This document shows positions 9,773-18,437 of a DNA stretch of 64,000 nucleotides, in pieces. How positions within the stretch are numbered: position 1 is the stretch's first letter; each line of letters begins with the position of its first letter. This DNA is from an uncultured Gammaproteobacteria bacterium (GTDB lineage Bacteria > Patescibacteriota > Microgenomatia > Levybacterales > UBA12049): NCBI GenBank assembly GCA_964610465.1, contig CAZSWA010000006.1, forward strand, positions 4,332-68,331, in the 5' to 3' direction. A model generated the notes under the pieces. The model did not search any database and had not been told where the DNA came from. It worked only from the letters and a program-made list of their open reading frames with translations. The translations under genes and the position numbers were made by a program.

Positions 9773-11482
9773 ATGAAAAAGTGGGAAATCTTAGAAGAAT
9801 CAAGAATTAAGAATCCTGCCAAGGGCGAGGCTCGCCAAAAGCGGCAAGAATTAAGAATAGAAAAAAATATAGAAATTCTACTTAAAAATAGGAGACTAAC
9901 AAGTCAAAAAGAAATTGATGAATTTCTACATCCAAGTCTTGATGAAATTACAGCAGAGAAGGTTGGGATAGATAAAAAACAACTGAAAAAAGCGTTGACG
10001 AGAATTAAAAAGGCGATGAAAGAGAAAGAGCAAATTGTAATCTTTGGTGACTATGATGTTGATGGAATTACTGCAACTGCAATTCTTTGGGAAACACTTA
10101 ATTCTATGAGTGCAACTGCTATTCCATATATCCCGAACAGATTTGAAGAAGGATATGGGCTTTCTGTCATTGGAATTACCAATCTTGAATCACAAATTAC
10201 CAACACAAAACTCATTATTACTGTGGATAACGGAATTGTTGCCAATGAAGCAGTGGATTTTGCCAATAGTCACGGGATAGATGTAATTATCACTGATCAT
10301 CACACTATTGGTGAGAAATTGCCAAACGCTCATGCGATTGTGCATACTACTAAATTGTGTGGAGCAGGAATTGCATATGCGGTTGCGCAAGAATTAAGAA
10401 TTAAGAATCAAGAATCAAGGAGTAAAGAAGAGGATAACCATTTGGAATTAGCTGCGTTGGGGACAGTTGCTGATTTGGTTCCATTGGTTGGTGCAAATCG
10501 GGCAATTGTGAAATTTGGCATAGAGAAACTAAATACAACAAGAAGATTTGGTCTTCTTGAACTCTACAAGCTTGCCGGTCTTAGAAGTAAGTTCGGAGTA
10601 TATGAAATAGGATATATCATTGGACCGCGTCTTAATGCAGCAGGAAGAATTGAAACAGCAATGGATAGTTTAAGACTTTTGTGTACCAGAAATCGGGAAA
10701 GAGCAGAAGAGCTTGCAGCCAAACTTGAGATTATCAATAAAGAAAGACAAATGCTCATGAAAGAATCAGCCGAACATGCCAAGCTATATGTGAAAACAAA
10801 TCAAACGACTATCAAAAAAATACTGGTTGTATCTCATGAATCATATCAAGAAGGAGTGATAGGGCTTATCGCAGGACGTTTAGTTGAGGAATTTTACCGT
10901 CCGACTATTATTATTTCCAAAAAAGAAAAAGTCAGCAAAGCCTCTGCCCGTTCAATTCATGGGTTTAATATTATTGAATTTTTGCGGGGTGCATCTGACT
11001 TTTTTGTCAATGTCGGTGGTCATCCAATGGCAGCAGGATTTACTGTAGAGACTGAGAAAATTGAATTATTGCAGCAAACGCTTGAGCAAATGGCAGAAAA
11101 TTTACTAAATGACGGACATTTTATACGGAACTTGCGGATTGATTGTGAAATTCCGCTTGTTTCTATTACCAATACGTTTTATAACAGTCTTCAGATTCTG
11201 GCTCCTTTTGGCATGAATAATCCAGAACCTGTTTTTGCAAGTAAAAAGGTAACTATTGAGGACATGAGACTTATGGGTAAAGAGCAACAGCATCTGCGTC
11301 TTAGTGTAAGTCAAGAAAATGCAGTATTTGAAGCAGTATGTTTTGGCATGGGAGAGCTTGGAACAAAACTTAAGATAGGAGACAAAATTGATATTGCATA
11401 CACAATAGATGAAAATAGCTGGAATGGAAATACAAAGTTACAACTGAAGGTGAAGGATATACAAACTCTGCAAGAAGACTAA
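9773..11482 (+). CDS. recJ: Single-stranded DNA exonuclease RecJ
   Basis: GDYDVDG, TVDNG, TDHH, GTVAD, PRLNAAGR and GGHPMAAG motifs. Confidence 0.97.
   Translation: MKKWEILEESRIKNPAKGEARQKRQELRIEKNIEILLKNRRLTSQKEIDEFLHPSLDEITAEKVGIDKKQLKKALTRIKKAMKEKEQIVIFGDYDVDGITATAILWETLNSMSATAIPYIPNRFEEGYGLSVIGITNLESQITNTKLIITVDNGIVANEAVDFANSHGIDVIITDHHTIGEKLPNAHAIVHTTKLCGAGIAYAVAQELRIKNQESRSKEEDNHLELAALGTVADLVPLVGANRAIVKFGIEKLNTTRRFGLLELYKLAGLRSKFGVYEIGYIIGPRLNAAGRIETAMDSLRLLCTRNRERAEELAAKLEIINKERQMLMKESAEHAKLYVKTNQTTIKKILVVSHESYQEGVIGLIAGRLVEEFYRPTIIISKKEKVSKASARSIHGFNIIEFLRGASDFFVNVGGHPMAAGFTVETEKIELLQQTLEQMAENLLNDGHFIRNLRIDCEIPLVSITNTFYNSLQILAPFGMNNPEPVFASKKVTIEDMRLMGKEQQHLRLSVSQENAVFEAVCFGMGELGTKLKIGDKIDIAYTIDENSWNGNTKLQLKVKDIQTLQED
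9815..9844. repeat. GC-rich palindromic in-frame insert in recJ
   Basis: 30 nt with GGCGAG-G-CTCGCC core, between two copies of CAAGAATTAAGAAT. Confidence 0.7.
10389..10416. repeat. Heptamer tandem repeat (AAGAATY)x4 inside recJ
   Basis: aagaatt aagaatt aagaatc aagaatc. Confidence 0.85.
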
Positions 11483-11489
11483 GATATTT

Positions 11490-11918
11490 TTAGGATTCGT
11501 TTACAGCTTCTTTGGGATAAAAGTGATTATACACATGAGAAGCAGTTTTAAGCAAATCTATGCCATCCCTTTTCGCAGCAGAACGTACACCATTTGTTTT
11601 CGCAAGCCCTTCCTTTATATTTGTAATTCTTGCATCTAATGTGGCAATTAACTCTTGGAGATTGTTTCCACCTATATTACATTTTGAATAGACTTTTGTA
11701 TAGGCATCTCTTGCTCCTTGTAATGCTTGTTCTCCTACTGTGTCTAAGAGCATACCTGCAGTGCCTATAAGACCGTTGGGCAGCACTATTTCTGGTCGTT
11801 GTTTCTTTTCAGGAACAACAGTGCCTCTAAATACAACCTGTTCACCAATATCATTACTCCTTTCTAAAGGAGTTTGTTGTCTAGTTTCTTGAATTGGTGC
11901 TAAACTTTCTAACGCCAT
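11490..11918 (-). CDS. Hypothetical helical protein, likely paralogue of 11925-12263
   Basis: ORF with a shared residue pattern with its neighbour. Confidence 0.7.
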   Translation of the reverse strand: MALESLAPIQETRQQTPLERSNDIGEQVVFRGTVVPEKKQRPEIVLPNGLIGTAGMLLDTVGEQALQGARDAYTKVYSKCNIGGNNLQELIATLDARITNIKEGLAKTNGVRSAAKRDGIDLLKTASHVYNHFYPKEAVNES

Positions 11919-11924
11919 ATTATT

Positions 11925-12263
11925 TTATCTCTTTTCTCCGTATGGTTTGTGACGAGATGCGTGTAATTGTGCAGCTGTAAATATAAGGTTTTTTGCATAT
12001 ATTTTTGCCAAGCCAGCCCGTTCAGGTATTGCAAGATCATCTCTCGTTTTATTAACTTTGCGGTCTAATTCTGTCATTAATGGTCGTCTGTCACTTAGTT
12101 GAGGACAAACTTCTTTATATACTCTATTAAATTCTGACTGAGCTCTTCTAAGTATTGGTTCAGCTGTTTTAGGATCAGACAGAAGATCGTCAAATTTACC
12201 TTCTATTCTAACGAATCCTTCACTCATTGGTTGTTCTATATAATCTATTTTTTCTCTTTCCAT
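11925..12263 (-). CDS. Hypothetical helical protein, first gene after the attenuator
   Basis: ORF with GAGG upstream of the ATG. Confidence 0.7.
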   Translation of the reverse strand: MEREKIDYIEQPMSEGFVRIEGKFDDLLSDPKTAEPILRRAQSEFNRVYKEVCPQLSDRRPLMTELDRKVNKTRDDLAIPERAGLAKIYAKNLIFTAAQLHASRHKPYGEKR

Positions 12264-12274
12264 ATTTTTTCCTC

Positions 12275-12303
12275 AAAAAAAATCTCCCATTTCTTGGGAG
12301 ATT
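12275..12303 (-). terminator. Intrinsic terminator (3:4 hairpin of an attenuator)
   Basis: Minus strand AATCTCCCA-AGAAA-TGGGAGATT followed by a T run. Confidence 0.85.
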
Positions 12304-12333
12304 GGTCTTTGTTCCTTTTGCGCCTTTACGCCA

Positions 12334-12405
12334 TTACCAATCTCCCTCGCCCTTAAAGGGAAGGAGATGCATAATTCCAACGTATTGACACCAAAAATTT
12401 TTCAT
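12334..12405 (-). CDS. Putative 23-aa leader peptide MKNFWCQYVGIMHLLPFKGEGDW
   Basis: ATG just after the promoter; ORF overlaps attenuator segments 1 and 2. Confidence 0.65.
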   Translation of the reverse strand: MKNFWCQYVGIMHLLPFKGEGDW

Positions 12406-12417
12406 ATGCCAAAAGAT

Positions 12418-12446
12418 AGTATAAAACGCAATCACCATCTTGTCAA
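12418..12446 (-). promoter_or_regulatory. Sigma70 promoter of the attenuated transcript
   Basis: TTGACA-17 bp-TATACT on the minus strand. Confidence 0.75.
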
Positions 12447-12511
12447 GCACAAGAAATCCATGTATCATATGCAGAGTAAGCGCAAGCTAAAAGCGTAAAA
12501 AAAAGGCTAAA

Positions 12512-13888
12512 ATGAATAGTATGAAACGAACACTAGCCAAAGATACAGCCTCAGAAGCGGGGAAGGAAATTCTCGTTGAGGGGTGGGTTCAGGCACGACG
12601 TGACCATGGAAAGCTCATATTTATTGATTTGAGGGATAGAAGCGGGCTTCTGCAAATTGTATTTAATCCAAAAGTCTCACAACAAGCCTATGAAACAGCC
12701 ATAAAGCTCCGGCCTGAGTTTATTGTTTCGATAAAAGGTAAAGTCAATCCCAGACCTGAACGGCTTATAAACCCCAAAATCGTAAGCGGTACTGTAGAGC
12801 TTGAGGCAATTGAGGCTACTATTATAAGTAGCGCCGAAACTCTGCCTTTTGACATGGGTGGAGAAGCGCTTAATCTTGAATTACCAACCCTTCTTGATTA
12901 CCGATCCCTTACCTTAAAACATGAAAAAGTCCGAAAGATATTTCTCATCCAGGCAGCACTTGCTGAAGAATTTAGAAAAGTCGCAAAATCTCTTGAGTGT
13001 GTTGAAATTTTTGTCCCAACCATTGCTGCTGGGGCTACAGAAGGCGGAGCTGAAGTATTTAAACTAGATTATTATGAGCATGAAGCATTTATGACGCAAA
13101 GCCCGCAGCTTTACAAGCAAATTATGGTAGCAGTGTTTGAGAGAGTATTTACCATTGCCAAAGCGTATCGTGCTGAACCATCAGTTACTACACGGCATTT
13201 ATCAGAAGCAACTCAAATGGATATTGAAATTGGATTTATCAGTAAGTTTGAAGAACTTTTGGATGTTTTAGAGTTGGTAGGAACGACCATGATAAAAAAT
13301 GTTTCTGAACAGTATGAAAATGTTCTTAAAGAATTTGGTGTTGAGAAGCCACTCGTTCCTCACAAAGTGCCAAGACTCACGTTAAGAGAAGCACAAGTAA
13401 TTGTTACAAAGCGTACAGGTCGTGACTTATCAAGAGAGAAAGATTTAAATCCCGAAGATGAGAAAGAAATATGCGCCTGGGCCAAGGAAGAGCATAAATC
13501 AGATTTTGTCACAATTACCCATTTCCCAACAAAAAAACGCGCATTTTATACTATGCCTGACCCCAAAGACCCAGAATACAGTTTAAGTTATGATTTACTC
13601 TTTCGAGGGCTTGAAATCTTAAGCGGCAGCCAACGTATTCATGACTACAACGAATTGGTTGAGATGATGAAGAAAAAAGGAGTAAACCCACAGACTTTTG
13701 GCATGTATCTTATGGCATTTAAGTATGGCATGCCGCCAGAAGGCGGGTTTTCATTTGGGCTGGAAAGACTTACAATGAAATTACTGGAATTGCAGAATGT
13801 ACGTGAGGCATCTCTTTTCCCACGGGATATGGAGCGTGTTGATGAAAGATTTTCAGTTACTGATAAAACTGCTACTAAAAATAAGTAA
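12512..13888 (+). CDS. aspS: Aspartyl-tRNA synthetase, short archaeal-type (likely non-discriminating)
   Basis: OB fold, TEGGAEVF, QSPQLYKQ, GMPPEGG..GLER and FPRD motifs; no GAD insert. Confidence 0.92.
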   Translation: MNSMKRTLAKDTASEAGKEILVEGWVQARRDHGKLIFIDLRDRSGLLQIVFNPKVSQQAYETAIKLRPEFIVSIKGKVNPRPERLINPKIVSGTVELEAIEATIISSAETLPFDMGGEALNLELPTLLDYRSLTLKHEKVRKIFLIQAALAEEFRKVAKSLECVEIFVPTIAAGATEGGAEVFKLDYYEHEAFMTQSPQLYKQIMVAVFERVFTIAKAYRAEPSVTTRHLSEATQMDIEIGFISKFEELLDVLELVGTTMIKNVSEQYENVLKEFGVEKPLVPHKVPRLTLREAQVIVTKRTGRDLSREKDLNPEDEKEICAWAKEEHKSDFVTITHFPTKKRAFYTMPDPKDPEYSLSYDLLFRGLEILSGSQRIHDYNELVEMMKKKGVNPQTFGMYLMAFKYGMPPEGGFSFGLERLTMKLLELQNVREASLFPRDMERVDERFSVTDKTATKNK

Positions 13889-14825
13889 AGAACTTATTTC
13901 ATATCTTAAACTTCTTGAAGAGGATATTCAGCTTGCGCTTGTTCCACTTATACTTTTGACTATTTTTATCATCATAAGTATTCTGAATGCAAACACAGAG
14001 TATCAGTTATATAGAAACAAACTTTTTCCGGTTGATGTGTCAACCAAGGTAAACCCTTATCCTATGACAAGCGGAATAATCAACCCACCTATTAGTGCAA
14101 AAGCTGCAATTGTCATGGATGATGCAACCCATGTAGTACTGTTTGAAAAAAATCCTGCTATCCGGTTTTCTATGGCATCAACAACCAAAATTATGACTGC
14201 ACTTGTCGCACTTGATTATTATAAAACAGACTCACTTCTAACTGTCAAAACCGCAACTATTGAGGGATCTCTTATAGGACTTCAAGTTGGGGAGACATTT
14301 CGGTTTAAGGACTTACTCTATGCGATGCTTCTGCCTTCTGCAAATGACGCTGCGATAGCAATTGCAGATAATTATCCGGGAGGATTGGAAGCATTTGTGA
14401 ATGAAATGAATGCAAAGGCGTTTAGTCTTCATCTTCTCAATACGCATTATGCAGATCCAGCAGGTCTTGATGATGATGGTAACTATACCACAGTTACAGA
14501 CCTTGCTCAGCTTGCGTCCTTTGCTGAACGAAATCCATTATTTGCCAAGGTTACTTCAACCAGACAAACAAGTATCTCAACTATTGACAATAGGAGACAA
14601 TTTATACTTTATAATCTTAATAAACTTTTGGGAACAAACGGGATTGATGGTATAAAAACGGGTACTACAGAAGGAGCAGGTGAAGTGTTGGTGACTTCTG
14701 AAGTTACCAGAGGTCATAGGTTTATCATTATTGTTATGAAAAGTGAAGATAGATTTCTTGATACGCTCTCAATTTTATCTGCTGTAAATAATACTATCGG
14801 CTATCTAACTCCCTTATATCCATAG
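13842..14825 (+). CDS. D-alanyl-D-alanine carboxypeptidase (peptidase S11)
   Basis: STTK, SAN and KTG motifs; N-terminal TM; start codon uncertain. Confidence 0.9.
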   Translation: MKDFQLLIKLLLKISKELISYLKLLEEDIQLALVPLILLTIFIIISILNANTEYQLYRNKLFPVDVSTKVNPYPMTSGIINPPISAKAAIVMDDATHVVLFEKNPAIRFSMASTTKIMTALVALDYYKTDSLLTVKTATIEGSLIGLQVGETFRFKDLLYAMLLPSANDAAIAIADNYPGGLEAFVNEMNAKAFSLHLLNTHYADPAGLDDDGNYTTVTDLAQLASFAERNPLFAKVTSTRQTSISTIDNRRQFILYNLNKLLGTNGIDGIKTGTTEGAGEVLVTSEVTRGHRFIIIVMKSEDRFLDTLSILSAVNNTIGYLTPLYP

Positions 14826-14844
14826 CATTTAGGAAAAGAAGTTA

Positions 14845-14880
14845 ATAACTATAAGCTAAGTACTAAACGCTAGACGCTAT
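14845..14880. repeat. Degenerate heptamer array between convergent genes
   Basis: CTA recurs every 7 nt at 14849, 14856, 14863, 14870 and 14877. Confidence 0.6.
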
Positions 14881-16034
14881 TTTATCCATGCATCCTGAAT
14901 TGCTGATACATACGCAAAAAATCCGTTATCTCCTTCAAATACAATAACTGGCATGACATAATCCTGCAGAGTATTCCCAAGATAGTATGCTAAGAAAATA
15001 TTGGTTATATGTACATTGTTTGATGAACCATAGAAAGATGCAACATATCCTTTTCCGCTCTTCAGTTCTTCAAATGCTTGCTGAGCTGTTTTGATAGGGT
15101 AGGTTGCGTCTTTGGCAGCTCTATCTATTTTTTGGTGTGTATAATGTGCTTGTACCACAGTGGTATCATTATCTCCTGAGCCGACGAGAAAATTTATCGT
15201 TGAGTAAGGTGGATGAGGATAGAGAATTGGAATGTCCATTTTTATCTTTTGTGAGTCAGGACTGCTTAGCGTATGTTTTCCTGTATCAAGCGGATAAGTT
15301 AAATTGCTCTGATACATATCAACGCGTATGATATTGGCAGAGGATAAGCTGGTAGTTTGTACGAGTGTCCCGTTTTGTATTGCAAATAGTTGAGGATAGG
15401 TGAGATAATTAATATCTCTTGATGGGTTTGTTGTTTTGCTCAAATCAATATCGTCAGGGAATAATTCCATAGAATCAAGCAAAGCTTTACTTATTTTTAC
15501 AGCATTATCCTCATTATCAAGATGAAGCGCTGAGATAACAGATGGATATGTTAAAAATCTGGAATTCATAACAAAATTAAATGTTACAATGTTCATAATT
15601 ACCTGTCTATTCATGCCTTGCGGTTCATCCCATTCATAATTTGCATTGCCCAGAGAAGTTTCTGGTACCAAATGTCCTTGTGAATCAGTTATTCCAAGTG
15701 CAGACATTTTACTTTTCGTTTTATCAAGGTTTAGAAAATTTGCTTCAGGATGAATAATTGGATAGATATTAACTCTATCTACTAAGTCAGGGGGTTTTCC
15801 AGACAACGTATCAAGCGTATAAGTAAGTGGTGAAGTAGTAGCATTGGCAGGAAATGTAATTGCCGGGATTTTCCCGTAAAGAACATTTGGAGGGTCAGTT
15901 CTTGGAGGGTTGAGTGCATCAATGATAGTAAGAGTGACCTTATACAATATAAAAAGTAAAATAAGCGCAGTTATCCCAATAGCGCCGCCAATACTACCTT
16001 TTATTAAATATATTTGTGTCTGGTGGAGGGTCAT
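14877..16034 (-). CDS. Hypothetical membrane-anchored extracytoplasmic protein
   Basis: Long ORF with N-terminal TM; start set to MTLHQ to avoid overlap with gltX. Confidence 0.8.
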   Translation of the reverse strand: MTLHQTQIYLIKGSIGGAIGITALILLFILYKVTLTIIDALNPPRTDPPNVLYGKIPAITFPANATTSPLTYTLDTLSGKPPDLVDRVNIYPIIHPEANFLNLDKTKSKMSALGITDSQGHLVPETSLGNANYEWDEPQGMNRQVIMNIVTFNFVMNSRFLTYPSVISALHLDNEDNAVKISKALLDSMELFPDDIDLSKTTNPSRDINYLTYPQLFAIQNGTLVQTTSLSSANIIRVDMYQSNLTYPLDTGKHTLSSPDSQKIKMDIPILYPHPPYSTINFLVGSGDNDTTVVQAHYTHQKIDRAAKDATYPIKTAQQAFEELKSGKGYVASFYGSSNNVHITNIFLAYYLGNTLQDYVMPVIVFEGDNGFFAYVSAIQDAWIK

Positions 16035-16072
16035 ATCTTGAGTATAAGGGAAATTTGAAGTACAATGCAACC

Positions 16073-17476
16073 ATGGTACGAACACGAATGGCGCCAAGTC
16101 CAACAGGAGAATATCATATTGGACACATACGGACAATTTTGTATGATATAGCCTTTGCGAAGAAACATAAGGGCAAATTTATTATACGAATTGAAGACAC
16201 GGATAGAGGCCGATATGTGGAAGGTGCAATGGATAGAATTCTGGATGTGATTAAGGATTATGGATTTACATGGGATGAAGGTCCCCGGGTTGGCGGATCG
16301 TATGGTCCATATATCCAATCAGAGAGATTACCGATTTATAAAAAGTATGCATTAGAACTTGTTGATAAAAAAGCTGCATATTATTGCTTTTGTACTACGG
16401 AACGCTTGGAACAAATGCGTGAAGAACAAAAAAAGCGAGGAATTACTTCTCCCAAATACGATAAATTTTGTTTACGTCTGACACAAGAAGAGATAGAAAA
16501 AAATCTCAAAGAAGAGAAGCCATATGTTATACGACTCAACGTAGTTCCAGACAAGATAATCACTTTTGACGATGTGGTATTTGGCAAAATCAGCGTCAAC
16601 AGTAATGAGATTGATGATCAAATTCTTCTCAAGTCTGATGGATTTCCTACATATCATCTGGCAGTAGTGATAGATGATCATCTCATGGAAATAACTCACA
16701 TTCTTCGTGGTAATGATTGGTTGCCTTCAACACCAAAACATATCATATTGTATGATGCATTTGGGTGGGAATTGCCGACTTATATCCATCTTCCCAATCT
16801 CAAAGAACTGGGCAGTACGAAAAAACTTTCCAAACGATTTGGTCCTGTTTCTGCAAGAGAATTTTTGGATGCAGGATATTTGCCAGAAGCTATGATAAAT
16901 TTTCTCATGTTTTTGGGCTGGAATCCTGGAACAGAGAAAGAAATTTATTCCTTTGAAGAATTTGTAAAAGATTTTGATGTCCACAAAATCCATAAAACAG
17001 ATTTGGTGGCATTTAATCGTGAAAAACTTGACTGGATGAATGGGTATTATATTCAAAATATGCCTACAGAACAATTACTGGAAAGGCTCAAAACATTTTA
17101 TAACGCTGATGAAGACATGCAGAAATTTTTCCATCATAACAAATCATATCTTCTCTCTCTGGTAGAGCTTGCCAAAACTCGTATAAAGAGGCTTAAAGAA
17201 TTTAAAGATATCGTTCTTCCATCTGATACTCCTTTGTCAGATGAAGAGAAGAAAGTGGCTCACGTATTAAATAAAGAGTTCACCAAAATTTCTGATTGGA
17301 ACAAGGACACTATTCTTGCTGCTATGCGTGCGACATTCAAAACAACAAGTGCCAAAGGCAATATGCTCTACAAAATTCTCACAGGACGTGATAAAGGTTT
17401 ACCGCTTCCTGAAACCCTTACCCTTTTTGGAAAAGAAAAAACACTGGCAATGCTTAAAAAGCATATCACACAATGA
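16073..17476 (+). CDS. gltX: Glutamyl-tRNA synthetase
   Basis: RMAPSPTG, HIGH, RIEDTD and KLSKR motifs. Confidence 0.97.
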   Translation: MVRTRMAPSPTGEYHIGHIRTILYDIAFAKKHKGKFIIRIEDTDRGRYVEGAMDRILDVIKDYGFTWDEGPRVGGSYGPYIQSERLPIYKKYALELVDKKAAYYCFCTTERLEQMREEQKKRGITSPKYDKFCLRLTQEEIEKNLKEEKPYVIRLNVVPDKIITFDDVVFGKISVNSNEIDDQILLKSDGFPTYHLAVVIDDHLMEITHILRGNDWLPSTPKHIILYDAFGWELPTYIHLPNLKELGSTKKLSKRFGPVSAREFLDAGYLPEAMINFLMFLGWNPGTEKEIYSFEEFVKDFDVHKIHKTDLVAFNREKLDWMNGYYIQNMPTEQLLERLKTFYNADEDMQKFFHHNKSYLLSLVELAKTRIKRLKEFKDIVLPSDTPLSDEEKKVAHVLNKEFTKISDWNKDTILAAMRATFKTTSAKGNMLYKILTGRDKGLPLPETLTLFGKEKTLAMLKKHITQ

Positions 17477-18060
17477 GAAGTTTACAGATTGCCCACATAA
17501 TCTCAGTTCTTCTCAATCCATTAGTGGTACTTATACCTGTTCCTTATGTTCTTGTGTTTACTACATCAGGAGACTTTGTTTACGCATTTCACTGGGCAGT
17601 TTTTTCATGGGTGTTTCTTCTCGCATTGGTCGCGTTTGTACTTTTGGGAATAGAGCGGGGAGTTTTCAGCAACATTGATGTGTCTATCAAAGAACAGCGT
17701 CCTACACTTTACGTATTTTGTACCTTTGTCGCAGTGCTCTATATTACTACTTTGCACTTTTTACATGGACCAAACATTTTACTTATTACCACTCTTGGAA
17801 TTCTTGTTGGTATCCTCGTGATGTCAGTAGTGAACCAATTTGTTAAAGCCAGTGTGCATATGGCAACTATCGCATCGCTTCTTTTTGCTCTTATGATTTT
17901 ATACCATCAAATGATTGTAATATCTCTTGTGGTTATGCCACTCCTTGCTTGGGCAAGGATAAAAACCGGAAGACATAGTGCAACAGAAGTTCTTACTGGA
18001 GGAATCTTAGGAAGTTTGCTAACATTAGGTATATATCTCGCTTACAGATTATTTTTTTGA
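17473..18060 (+). CDS. PAP2-like membrane phosphatase
   Basis: Multiple TMs; KASVH and WARIKTGRH motifs. Confidence 0.65.
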   Translation: MRSLQIAHIISVLLNPLVVLIPVPYVLVFTTSGDFVYAFHWAVFSWVFLLALVAFVLLGIERGVFSNIDVSIKEQRPTLYVFCTFVAVLYITTLHFLHGPNILLITTLGILVGILVMSVVNQFVKASVHMATIASLLFALMILYHQMIVISLVVMPLLAWARIKTGRHSATEVLTGGILGSLLTLGIYLAYRLFF

Positions 18061-18061
18061 T

Positions 18062-18436
18062 ATGCTGAATTTTAAGAAATTAAAGAAGTCATTTGGCTAT
18101 GCACTCACTGGTATATGGTATGCGCTCAAAAGTGATCAAAACTTACGCATTCATTTCGTAGTCGCCTATTTAGTCATCCTTGCAAGCATTTATTTCCATG
18201 TCAATCCATTTGAAATGGGAATTTTAGGTGTTATGATACTTCTTGTCATTACAACTGAAATGATAAACACTGCAATTGAAAAAATGGTTGATCTTATTAC
18301 AAAAGAACATCGTGAAGAAGCAAAGATTGCCAAAGATGTTTCGTCTGGAATGGTCCTCGTCACTGCAGTAGGTTCAGTGATTGTAGGAATTCTTATCTTT
18401 GTTCCTCATATTTTACAATTATTTCAAGTACAATAA
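18062..18436 (+). CDS. dgkA: Diacylglycerol/undecaprenol kinase
   Basis: NLRIH, EMINTAIE..VD and AKIAKD motifs. Confidence 0.92.
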   Translation: MLNFKKLKKSFGYALTGIWYALKSDQNLRIHFVVAYLVILASIYFHVNPFEMGILGVMILLVITTEMINTAIEKMVDLITKEHREEAKIAKDVSSGMVLVTAVGSVIVGILIFVPHILQLFQVQ

Positions 18437-18437
18437 T

